Shown: positions 6,923 to 14,723, numbered from the stretch's first letter. The stretch: 33,991 nt of DNA from Nanobdellota archaeon (GCA_038045285.1 JBBSYK010000021.1:1-33991); one strand, 5' to 3'. The notes: generated by a model from the letters alone, not told the origin. Translations and numbers: made by a program.

Positions 6923-8042
6923 TCAATTTCTCGATCTTGTTAATTATTTTATTCCAAGAAAACTGCTCTGCAGTTTTCTTTGCTTCTTTCTTAATTTTTA
7001 TAAGTTCATTATCTTTCATGACTAATATTTTATTTATCTTTTCGGATAAATCTTTTTCATCGTTATTTCTGAACAAGAAACCGTTTTTGCCATTGATAAT
7101 TAAATCGCTGTTGCCCTTATTGTCACTTGCAATGACAATCCTCCCCAGAGCCATGGCCTCAACTAAAACCTGAGGCATTCCTTCACTTAAGGAAGGCAGA
7201 ATAAAAAATCTTGATGAATTCAGCTGTTTAATCTCCTCTTTGAATATATAAGTTTTATTAATTATTTTAACTCTGTTTTCTAAATCAAGATATTTAATAT
7301 AAGAAACTAATTTTTTCAAATAATTGTCTTCACAAGGCCCTATTATTTCAAATATGATATTTTTATTGTCTATTAAGGGAAGGGCTTTAATCATTACTTC
7401 TAAATTTTTTATGGGTGAAATTCTACCCATATAAATAATCTTATTTTCTTCTTTTACTTTATTATTATCCTTAAAGAATTCATCTTTTATCCCATTTGGA
7501 ATATATTCTATATTTTCCTCTTTTATTCCTAACTTCAATAAAAAAGGAATTTCCCATTTAGTAATTGCGATAATTTTGTCAAATTTCCTTAATGTTCTCT
7601 TTCCAATGAATATATCATAAAAAAATACAGCGCCTTTTTGAAATAATGTTCTTGTTGAATTTCTATCAAAAGGAGCATGAGTTACAAGAAAAATCTTTGC
7701 ATTTAATTTTCTTGCGATTTTCAAAGCTTGCGTAGTATGGATATGCCTATAAGCATGAACGATCATTATATCTGGCTTGAATTTAAGAGCTTCTGATTCA
7801 AAATTCCAGATCATGAAGCTTTCTCCGCCTAATTTTTTGGCTGGAAATCTTTTAATCTTTACAGAATCAATCATTTCTTCTTCCTGAGCTAAATCTGTCG
7901 AACCTTTAGTAAAATTTGAAGAAAATATTCTGACTTCATAGCCTCTTTTTGACAGCATAGCAGATTCCTGCAGAACTCTGGCTCCTACTCCACATCCTCC
8001 TGCTGTGTAGTTAGTTAGTTCGAGTATTTTAAGTTTTTTCAT
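6912..8042 (-). CDS. glycosyltransferase family 4 (GT-B)
   Basis: C-terminal SEGMPQVLVEAMALGRIVIASD motif (EX7E region) typical of GT4. TATA-like TTTAATAA lies at 8064-8071, 21 nt upstream. Confidence 0.8.
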   Translation of the reverse strand: MKKLKILELTNYTAGGCGVGARVLQESAMLSKRGYEVRIFSSNFTKGSTDLAQEEEMIDSVKIKRFPAKKLGGESFMIWNFESEALKFKPDIMIVHAYRHIHTTQALKIARKLNAKIFLVTHAPFDRNSTRTLFQKGAVFFYDIFIGKRTLRKFDKIIAITKWEIPFLLKLGIKEENIEYIPNGIKDEFFKDNNKVKEENKIIYMGRISPIKNLEVMIKALPLIDNKNIIFEIIGPCEDNYLKKLVSYIKYLDLENRVKIINKTYIFKEEIKQLNSSRFFILPSLSEGMPQVLVEAMALGRIVIASDNKGNSDLIINGKNGFLFRNNDEKDLSEKINKILVMKDNELIKIKKEAKKTAEQFSWNKIINKIEKLING

Positions 8043-8091
8043 ACTTAAATAATAAAAATAGAGTTTAATAATTTAAGCAAATTTAAAATTA

Positions 8092-9309
8092 TCAGCTAAA
8101 TTTATCTAAGAATTTTGTGAACACTTTTTTTAAGTAATCTATGTGCACTTCTGTAAGACCGTGATGACAGCCTATAAGAAAAGCATTTTTCATTATATTG
8201 TCTGCTGCTGGGAAATCATCTGCTTTTTGTTCTCCATTGAGATGTTTAAATGCTGGCTGCCTCAATATATTTCCCGTAAATACTGGTCTTGTTTGAATAT
8301 TGTTTTCTTCTAGATAGGTTGTAATTAAAGATCTAGAAAAGGGCGAATCTGGCTTTATTGTTAGAGGGAAAGCAAGCCAGTTAGTTTTCACTTCAGGCAA
8401 CTGTTTTGGTAAAATGAAAAACTGCTGGTATTTGAGGAAGAATTCATAAAGCTGCGTGAAATTCTTAATTCTTGCTTCAGAAAATGATTTTAATTTTTTT
8501 AACTGCTCTAGGCCAAAAGCAGCGCTTACTTCTATAGGCAGAAAATTATAGCCTAATTCGCTAAAAATAAATTTTGAATCGTATTGTATTCCTTCTATTT
8601 CTACTCCGAATCTCTGACTTAGATCCTCTGATTCATTTACTGCAGAAGATCTTCCCCATCCTCTTAACATTTTGCATCTTACCTCAGATTCTTTTCTACT
8701 AAAACAAATCATCCCTCCTCCTCCACAAGCGGTTATGATGTGTGATCCATAAAAGCTTGTTGTAGATATATCGGAATAAACTCCTGTGGGCAGGCCATCG
8801 TAGGTTGCACCAAGAGTATCGCAAGAATCTTCAATGAATGCCAAATCATATTCGCGAGCTATTTTTCTGAGTTCTTCCATGTTTGGAACATTTCCGATTA
8901 ATGAAGGAATCATTAAGGCTTTTGTTTTCGATGTTAATTTCTCTCTAATTTTATTAATATTTATTTGGTAAGTTCCAGATTCAACATCTATAAAAACTGG
9001 ACGAAGTTTTTTTTGTAATATTGGTGCAATAGTTGTTGCAAATGTTAGAACTGGAGTTATAATTTCAGAACCTTCTGGAACATTAAGAAGCTCAAGAGCA
9101 AGAAGGTTGGCTGAAGAACCTGAATTAACCATAACTCCATATTTCTTTCCAAAAACTGATGCGACAGCACTTTCAAATTTTTCTGTCCTTTCTCCCATGA
9201 TTGTTTTATGCTCTCTTAATACATCAAGGACTGCTTTTTCCTCTTCATCGCCATGCACAGCTAAAGCGTATGGAACCCTTATTTTTTCTTTTTTATTTAT
9301 TTCTATCAT
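8092..9309 (-). CDS. rfbH: RfbH/ColD-type PMP-dependent sugar 3-dehydrase (DegT/DnrJ/EryC1 family)
   Basis: MVNSGSSANLLA and SFYGSHIITACGGGG motifs. The position of the family's PLP lysine is His (codon 8740-8742). The track start at 9321 is TTG, so I prefer the ATG at 9309. Confidence 0.7.
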   Translation of the reverse strand: MIEINKKEKIRVPYALAVHGDEEEKAVLDVLREHKTIMGERTEKFESAVASVFGKKYGVMVNSGSSANLLALELLNVPEGSEIITPVLTFATTIAPILQKKLRPVFIDVESGTYQININKIREKLTSKTKALMIPSLIGNVPNMEELRKIAREYDLAFIEDSCDTLGATYDGLPTGVYSDISTTSFYGSHIITACGGGGMICFSRKESEVRCKMLRGWGRSSAVNESEDLSQRFGVEIEGIQYDSKFIFSELGYNFLPIEVSAAFGLEQLKKLKSFSEARIKNFTQLYEFFLKYQQFFILPKQLPEVKTNWLAFPLTIKPDSPFSRSLITTYLEENNIQTRPVFTGNILRQPAFKHLNGEQKADDFPAADNIMKNAFLIGCHHGLTEVHIDYLKKVFTKFLDKFS

Positions 9310-9445
9310 ATTAAAAATCAATTACAAATAAAATTTATTAATAGTTTATAAGGATTTATATGATAAATAAGTTTTAAATTATAACTACTGAAATTAAATG
9401 AAATTTTAGGCATAGATTTTTAAACTTTCAAATTAGAGAAATTTT

Positions 9446-10453
9446 ATGCAACTTTATTTAGCAAAAAGATATTATTTTAATAATGAAGCTGGTTTGAAAT
9501 TATTAGAAGATTCTGTGCCAAAATTCGATGCTTTTAATTCACTAAGAGAACAAAATAATTATCCAGTATTTCTTTCTGTTTATGTTTCTACTGATGAAGA
9601 AAAGTTGAGCCCGGAGCAGAAAGAAAGAGCTAATGGAGCAATAAATAAAATTAAAGGCAAGCATATTGACGTTTGGTATGATAGGAATGGAGCAACAGCA
9701 GGACAAAAGTATATTAAACAAATTCATGAATCATTCCTATTTCCAAAGATTCCAGGGGAATTGGTTGACAGACCAAGAGATTCTGTTCTTGGTTTGTGCT
9801 GTTTTGATCAATATCCTTTAGAAAAAGAAGAGCATTTGGAAGCTATAATGGATTTGAGTAAAAAGTTAGTAAGAGATAAAAAACTCTATGCGACAGGCTC
9901 TAGAAATGTTCCTGTTGAGCTTTTTGTTAATAAGGTTCCTTCTGACATGCGCATAATTCATGAACTAGTTCAATTATTGGCAACAAAAAGTGATTCTTTT
10001 CGAGCAGAGAAACCAGAATGGGCAAATCCTTCTCCACACTATGAACATTTTGGAGAGCTTTGTTCTGGCTTATATTTATTTAGTCCAGATCACCATCTTT
10101 TCCATATACAAAGAATAGAAGTCAGAAATAAAAGCGTAGATGTTTTTGAAAAACCTGGTTTTGCACTCGATTATTTCACAGCAATGCATGCTGGCTTAAA
10201 TAATGCTGTTGCGAGTGGCTATGTTTATGCAGATAGAAATCCATTTTTTGCTCAGATAGATGAACAAGCAGAGAGAGCTAAAGCCTCTAAATTTATCACA
10301 GCGCAAACATCATTAGTTGGAAAAACATCAGTCAGACCAGCTCTAGAAACTATATTAGATGATCGGGGAGAGCTTGGTCGCTTAAATAATTTCTTTGATT
10401 CTTCTTTAGTGCAAGAAACAGTTGAATTGATGAGAGAAGGATTGAAGAGTTGA
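9446..10453 (+). CDS. hypothetical protein, possibly a divergent GT-A-fold glycosyltransferase
   Basis: 335-aa ORF with TTTTTAAA 21 nt upstream. Weak resemblance to DPM1-type GT2 (ATGSRNVP, ELCSGLYLF, PGFALDYFTAMHAG). No clear DxD motif. Confidence 0.5.
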   Translation: MQLYLAKRYYFNNEAGLKLLEDSVPKFDAFNSLREQNNYPVFLSVYVSTDEEKLSPEQKERANGAINKIKGKHIDVWYDRNGATAGQKYIKQIHESFLFPKIPGELVDRPRDSVLGLCCFDQYPLEKEEHLEAIMDLSKKLVRDKKLYATGSRNVPVELFVNKVPSDMRIIHELVQLLATKSDSFRAEKPEWANPSPHYEHFGELCSGLYLFSPDHHLFHIQRIEVRNKSVDVFEKPGFALDYFTAMHAGLNNAVASGYVYADRNPFFAQIDEQAERAKASKFITAQTSLVGKTSVRPALETILDDRGELGRLNNFFDSSLVQETVELMREGLKS

Positions 10454-10458
10454 ACAAA

Positions 10459-10803
10459 ATGCAAACAAAAAATATAATTAAAATACCTGATCTAGTAGAT
10501 AAAGTATTGAGTGAATTAGGCGGAACTTTCTTTGTGAAAATAACTAAAGAAGGAACTCATCCGGATGAGTGGCTTGGTTTAAGAAGAATCTATTCAATAA
10601 GAAAACTTGGCTTATTAGGATCACGTAATTGGTTATTAGGATCACGAACAGTTTTAAAATTAAGCGGTGAATATCTTGATCTTCAAAGATTTAACAGAGA
10701 AGAGGATAAATTAACACAATACGTGATTATTAGAGACGATTATCTAAATGAGAATGTAAGAGGTATTCTAAAAGAGAGAAGTTTAGATGAAATGAAATAT
10801 TAA
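10459..10803 (+). CDS. hypothetical protein (about 114 aa)
   Basis: ORF immediately after the 9446 gene. The track start at 10450 is TTG and overlaps the upstream stop; the first ATG is at 10459. Contains an in-frame 21-bp tandem duplication. Confidence 0.45.
   Translation: MQTKNIIKIPDLVDKVLSELGGTFFVKITKEGTHPDEWLGLRRIYSIRKLGLLGSRNWLLGSRTVLKLSGEYLDLQRFNREEDKLTQYVIIRDDYLNENVRGILKERSLDEMKY
10612..10646. repeat. in-frame 21-bp tandem duplication
   Basis: TTATTAGGATCACG occurs at 10612-10625 and 10633-10646, encoding LLGSRNW-LLGSRTV. Confidence 0.8.
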
Positions 10804-11027
10804 TTCTTAATTTGTTTTATAAATAATCTAAATCCTCTTACTGCATTATGTCCAAGAGTATATTGAAGTATATCTTATGACATTTACAGAAGTTGCTCAT
10901 CAAAATTAAGATTATAAAATAAATGAGCGATTTGGGCGAACAAGTGCAACGCAGTAAGCCTGTAAATGTCTGTTATGTCTCCTGAGCTTGCGAGAACGTA
11001 GTGTGGCAAAATATGAAATATTTTGAG

Positions 11028-11100
11028 TTACCATTCACTCTTTTGGGCGGGAAAACATTTACAAGAGAAATTATTGTAGACTATTTTTAGGTGAGCCGCC
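11028..11100. repeat. left arm of an imperfect inverted repeat bounding the toxin cassette
   Basis: TTACCATTCACTCT (11028-11041) is the exact reverse complement of 12677-12690. Further shared blocks: AATTTCT and GTGAGCCGCC (11091-11100) against GGCGGCTCAT (12630-12639). Confidence 0.7.
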
Positions 11101-11143
11101 GCCTTTTGAGAAGATTTTTAATGTTAGTTGCCTTAGATTTCTT

Positions 11144-11458
11144 ATGGCTTATGAAGTTTATACAACTGAAAGTTTTGATAAAGAGATTGAGAGATTATCA
11201 AAGAATGATCAAGAGATCATTCAAAAAATGTTCCTCAAAATTGGAGATAATCCTTACACTAGCGACCAATTAAGATACAGACATTTAAGAGAAAAACGAA
11301 TTAGAGAAAAAAGAGTTTATTTTCTAGTCTATGACGACTTGCAAGCAGTCCTCATTGTTGCAATAGGAGGAAAGAAAGATCAACAAGCATCAATTAATCA
11401 CATTGTAAATTACTTTGATGAGTACAGATTATATTTAGAAAGGTTACTGAAGAATTAG
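11144..11458 (+). CDS. RelE/ParE-superfamily toxin-like protein
   Basis: 104 aa. Fits the pattern Y-x-V...F-x-K-x-I-x-x-L...I-x-K-x-x-x-x-I-x-x-N-P...LREKRIREKRVYFLVYDD-x-x-x-VLIVAIGGKKD, typical of the RelE/StbE fold. TTTTTAAT box lies 21 nt upstream. Confidence 0.55.
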   Translation: MAYEVYTTESFDKEIERLSKNDQEIIQKMFLKIGDNPYTSDQLRYRHLREKRIREKRVYFLVYDDLQAVLIVAIGGKKDQQASINHIVNYFDEYRLYLERLLKN

Positions 11459-11610
11459 GCGACTCTTCTTATTCTACCAGCTTTAACATCCTCTAAACTT
11501 GCCTTAAATTGTCTCAATAAATCAAAATCCAATGTTTCTAACTCTCTAAGTCTTACTAATTGCATTCTCATTTTTTCGTATTCATCTCGGGGTATACTTA
11601 TCATTTCCAT
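11455..11610 (-). CDS. small antitoxin-like protein (51 aa), not on the ORF track
   Basis: Hand translation gives MEMISIPRDEYEKMRMQLVRLRELETLDFDLLRQFKASLEDVKAGRIRRVA. The shape (IxIxxxEYExL ... SLEDVKxGR) resembles small archaeal RelB/Phd-like antitoxins. Its stop overlaps the toxin stop by 4 nt (11455-11458). Confidence 0.4.
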   Translation of the reverse strand: MEMISIPRDEYEKMRMQLVRLRELETLDFDLLRQFKASLEDVKAGRIRRVA

Positions 11611-11651
11611 AGTTATCATAAAGAAGCAAAGTTTTTAACTCTTTCGGCGAG

Positions 11652-12545
11652 TCATTTTTTTCTGCTTTTCAGCCAGAAAAAACCAGCAACTAAACCAAGA
11701 ATCAAAAAACCAGCACCAAGAAAAGATGATGTTTTAGTTGTTATATCTGCGATTGCATTACCTGTTATTTTAGAAGATAGAAATAAAGCTGAAGCTAAAA
11801 AACTTCCAAGTGCGATAACTGAGCTAACACGATGTTCAAGTGATTTCTTTTTTTGCTCTTCTTGTTGGATTTCTTCACCAGCTTTTCTTCCAAGATATTT
11901 AAATGATTTAATGGCATTCAGATTTCTTTTTCTGTCAGAACGATCTATAGTTCCTCTTAATTCTATTCTATCAAAGGGAAATGCATCGAGTTTTTTCTTT
12001 TTAGTTATCCTAGGACTCAAACCAGTTCCAGCAAAATAATCTGCATTTAATTTTTGAGCTTCGTGATAACCAAGAACCATATGAACATTTTCACATTTCA
12101 AACTTTCTTGTAATCCAAAATATTTCGGGTTTGTCAATAAATCATAAACTATTGATGGAGAACTGCCAGTTATAGAATCTTCATCGTAAATAAATACAAC
12201 TACGCTTCTGTCCTTAATTCTCCTTTTTAAAAAGGCTTCTAACATTAATTGATTTTTTTCCACTATCTCCTTATATCTTTCAAATTTAGTTCGTCCTTCT
12301 TCTGTATGATATGTTAAACTAATTTTATCATGAAACTCTCGAATATTGCATAGTGCCCTTGGGTCAATCCTATAAAAAACAGGCGGCTTCTCATCTGGAT
12401 ATGCCGTTCTCCATGCTTCTTTAAATGCGTAACCGTCTGGAATAGCCGAAGTCTCTGTTAAGAAAATGATTGAGGGTTTTTTCTTATGTAATGCCCTTAT
12501 ATTTTTAGCTATTGATTTCACTTTATCTTCTTCACTTTTAACCAT
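11652..12545 (-). CDS. C-terminally membrane-anchored protein with a PRTase-like N-terminal domain
   Basis: 297 aa. SVVVFIYDEDSITGSS (about 12159-12206) resembles the PRPP-binding loop of type I phosphoribosyltransferases. A K/E-rich linker follows, then two hydrophobic segments at the C-terminus (VIALGSFLASALFL, FLGAGFLILGLVAGFFWL). A TATA box lies about 22 nt upstream. Confidence 0.6.
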   Translation of the reverse strand: MVKSEEDKVKSIAKNIRALHKKKPSIIFLTETSAIPDGYAFKEAWRTAYPDEKPPVFYRIDPRALCNIREFHDKISLTYHTEEGRTKFERYKEIVEKNQLMLEAFLKRRIKDRSVVVFIYDEDSITGSSPSIVYDLLTNPKYFGLQESLKCENVHMVLGYHEAQKLNADYFAGTGLSPRITKKKKLDAFPFDRIELRGTIDRSDRKRNLNAIKSFKYLGRKAGEEIQQEEQKKKSLEHRVSSVIALGSFLASALFLSSKITGNAIADITTKTSSFLGAGFLILGLVAGFFWLKSRKK

Positions 12546-12629
12546 AAATAACCTATAATTGGTTAGACTTTTATATTTATCTCAAACTTTCGCTGAAAGC
12601 GAAACTATCTGCGGCGAAGTCACTCGTAA

Positions 12630-12690
12630 GGCGGCTCATCCTTTGATATTCGCAGCAATTTCTTCTATTGGGCGGTAGAGTGAATGGTAA
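12630..12690. repeat. right arm of an imperfect inverted repeat bounding the toxin cassette
   Basis: AGAGTGAATGGTAA (12677-12690) pairs with the left arm. TTGGGCGG (12668-12675) also occurs at 11043-11050, and TTGGGCG at 10932-10938. Confidence 0.7.
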
Positions 12691-12764
12691 TTAGACATAT
12701 CTTACTGCAATATATCTAAAAATATATAGCAATTAATATAAATGCTTATTTGGCTTTCTATTTG

Positions 12765-13553
12765 ATGGATAAAAAAGATGTAAAAGTAGTTATATTATGC
12801 GGGGGGAAGGGGACAAGGCTTAGAGAAGTATCTGAACTTATACCTAAACCTTTAGTGCCAATTGGAAAAATGCCAATCCTATGGCACATTATGAAAGGCT
12901 ATGCAGCTCAGGGTTATAAGAAGTTTGTTCTTTGTCTTGGCTATAAGGGAGATTTAATTAGAAATTTTTTCCTAAATTACGCTGATCATAATCATGACTT
13001 AACTATAAATTTAAAAAAAGGAGAGATAATAGAAAGAAATGGAGATACAGAAGATTGGAATGTAACTTTAGTTGATACTGGAGAAGAGACTAATACTGGT
13101 GCAAGACTTTATGCAGTTAAAAAATATCTTGAAAATGATCCTTATTTCATGTTTACATATGGTGATGGAATTTCTGATATTAATTTAGATAAATTATTAG
13201 AGTATCATTTGTCAGTTGGAGCAATAGGAACAATAACCGGCATAAGGGCATCTTCGAAATATGGGCAAGTGAAGACAGATGAAAGAGGAATTGCAATACA
13301 CTTTGCTCAGTATCCTCTTCTGGATGAGAGAATTAACGGGGGATTCATGGTTTTCAATAAAGAATTTTTAGAATATTCATTGCTTAAACTTAATCTTCCG
13401 ATTGAAGATTCTCTAGAAGATTTAACTAAACACAGAAAAATAGCTGTTTATCTTCATAATGGATCTTGGCATTGTATGGATACTCCTCAGCATTTTGAAC
13501 ATCTAAATCAGATTTGGAAATCTGGCAATGCGCCATGGAAGATATGGCAATAA
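12765..13553 (+). CDS. rfbF: glucose-1-phosphate cytidylyltransferase
   Basis: VILCGGKGTRLRE, PKPLVPIGKMPILWHIMKGY and LCLGYKG motifs typical of RfbF. The track start at 12750 is TTG. The ATG at 12765 sits 21 nt after a TATA-like ATATAAAT. Confidence 0.85.
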   Translation: MDKKDVKVVILCGGKGTRLREVSELIPKPLVPIGKMPILWHIMKGYAAQGYKKFVLCLGYKGDLIRNFFLNYADHNHDLTINLKKGEIIERNGDTEDWNVTLVDTGEETNTGARLYAVKKYLENDPYFMFTYGDGISDINLDKLLEYHLSVGAIGTITGIRASSKYGQVKTDERGIAIHFAQYPLLDERINGGFMVFNKEFLEYSLLKLNLPIEDSLEDLTKHRKIAVYLHNGSWHCMDTPQHFEHLNQIWKSGNAPWKIWQ

Positions 13554-13571
13554 AATTTATCAATAATTAAT

Positions 13572-14681
13572 ATGAGCAGAAAGTTAAGTAATATTTTTAA
13601 AGGGAAAAAAGTTCTTGTCACAGGTCATACTGGTTTTAAAGGATCATGGCTTTCAATATGGCTTAGAGAACTGGGTGCTAAAGTAATTGGATATTCGACT
13701 GAGCCGCCAACAAAACCAAGTAATTTTATTTTGACACAATTGGCAAAAAAAATTGTCGATATTAGAGCTGATATTAGAAATAAAGAAGAACTTGAAAGAG
13801 TAATTAAAGCATTTAAACCAGAGATAATATTTCATTTGGCAGCACAGGCTATTGTTTTAACTTCTTATTCTAATCCTAAAGAAACTTTAGATATTAATGT
13901 AGGCGGAACTGTAAATGTATTAGAAATTGCAAGACATTATCATTTTGTTAAATCAGTTGTGATAATAACGAGCGACAAGTGCTACAAAGATCAGAGCATG
14001 CCCTGGGGTTATAGAGAAACTGACCTTTTGGGAGGAGATGATCCATATAGTGCTAGCAAAGGAATGGCTGAACTTGCAGTGGCTTCATACCGAACTTCAT
14101 TTTTTAATGAAAATAATAATACTGTCATTGCTTCTGCAAGAGCTGGAAATGTTATAGGCGGAGGAGATTTTGCAAATTTTAGGTTAGTTCCAGATACAAT
14201 GAAAGCTCTTATAATGGAAAATGAAATAGAATTGAGAAATCCGATGAGTGTTAGGCCCTGGCAGCATGTTTTAGTTCCTTTGAGCGGCTATTTAACACTC
14301 GCAGCTAGATTGCAGGAAGAGGGGCACAGGTTCGCTGAAGCATGGAATTTTGGTCCTCTTGAAACAAACGGAGTTAAAGCACAGGAGGTTGTAGAAAAAG
14401 CTATTTCTCTATGGGGGAAAGGATCATGGAAACAGATAAAAATAAAAAATCCTCCAAAAGAAGTTAAGCTGCTACGTTTAAGCTGGGAAAAAGCTGCTCA
14501 GAAACTACGCTGGGTTCCTGCATATAATTGGGAGGAAGCTTTAGCATCAACAGTCGAATGGTTTAAAGTTTATGCTTCTCAGAGAAAAAATCCGGAAATT
14601 GATCTTTATGATTTCTGCGCTAAGCAAATTAGAGATTATACTGAAAGTGCAAGAGAAAAGAAGATTGAGTGGGCTGTTTGA
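13572..14681 (+). CDS. rfbG: CDP-glucose 4,6-dehydratase
   Basis: VLVTGHTGFKGSWLSIWL Rossmann motif and YSASKGMAE (YxxxK) of extended SDRs; RfbG-like length. Starts 18 nt after rfbF. Confidence 0.85.
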   Translation: MSRKLSNIFKGKKVLVTGHTGFKGSWLSIWLRELGAKVIGYSTEPPTKPSNFILTQLAKKIVDIRADIRNKEELERVIKAFKPEIIFHLAAQAIVLTSYSNPKETLDINVGGTVNVLEIARHYHFVKSVVIITSDKCYKDQSMPWGYRETDLLGGDDPYSASKGMAELAVASYRTSFFNENNNTVIASARAGNVIGGGDFANFRLVPDTMKALIMENEIELRNPMSVRPWQHVLVPLSGYLTLAARLQEEGHRFAEAWNFGPLETNGVKAQEVVEKAISLWGKGSWKQIKIKNPPKEVKLLRLSWEKAAQKLRWVPAYNWEEALASTVEWFKVYASQRKNPEIDLYDFCAKQIRDYTESAREKKIEWAV

Positions 14682-14708
14682 AAACAACAAAATTTTTTCA
14701 ATCGGAAG

Positions 14709-14723
14709 ATATATATATATATA
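14709..14723 (+). promoter_or_regulatory. (AT)7 microsatellite occupying the TATA-box position of the protease gene
   Basis: ATATATATATATATA ends 19 nt before the ATG at 14743, covering the -21 to -28 window where other genes here carry TTTATAAA. Confidence 0.5.

Noticed and set aside
10921-11010. C/D-box or H/ACA sRNA, SRP RNA or RNase P RNA in the G+C-rich intergenic patch.
   Set aside because: There is no RUGAUGA C box paired with a terminal CUGA, no ACA box at the right spacing, and no SRP helix-8 or RNase P conserved-region motifs that I could recognise. It is kept only as an unexplained region in the findings.
11091-11273. 60-aa ORF (GTG start) overlapping the RelE-like gene in another frame.
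   Set aside because: It starts inside the inverted-repeat arm and has no promoter spacing. It overlaps the better-supported 104-aa ORF, which has a TATA box at -21 and a RelE-like pattern.
11560-12039. 159-aa + strand ORF opposite the 297-aa membrane protein gene.
   Set aside because: Its translation is low complexity (FFFLVILG, SSCWISS). It overlaps both the 51-aa ORF and the longer 297-aa ORF, which have plausible domain organisation and promoter spacing.
11028-12690. Split-tRNA (Nanoarchaeum-style) interpretation of the complementary 14-mers.
   Set aside because: On the same strand the two 14-mers could pair in trans like split-tRNA leader sequences. However, I could not build tRNA half-molecules (acceptor, D-arm or T-arm) next to either copy, and the adjoining sequence on the right is AT-rich and unstructured.
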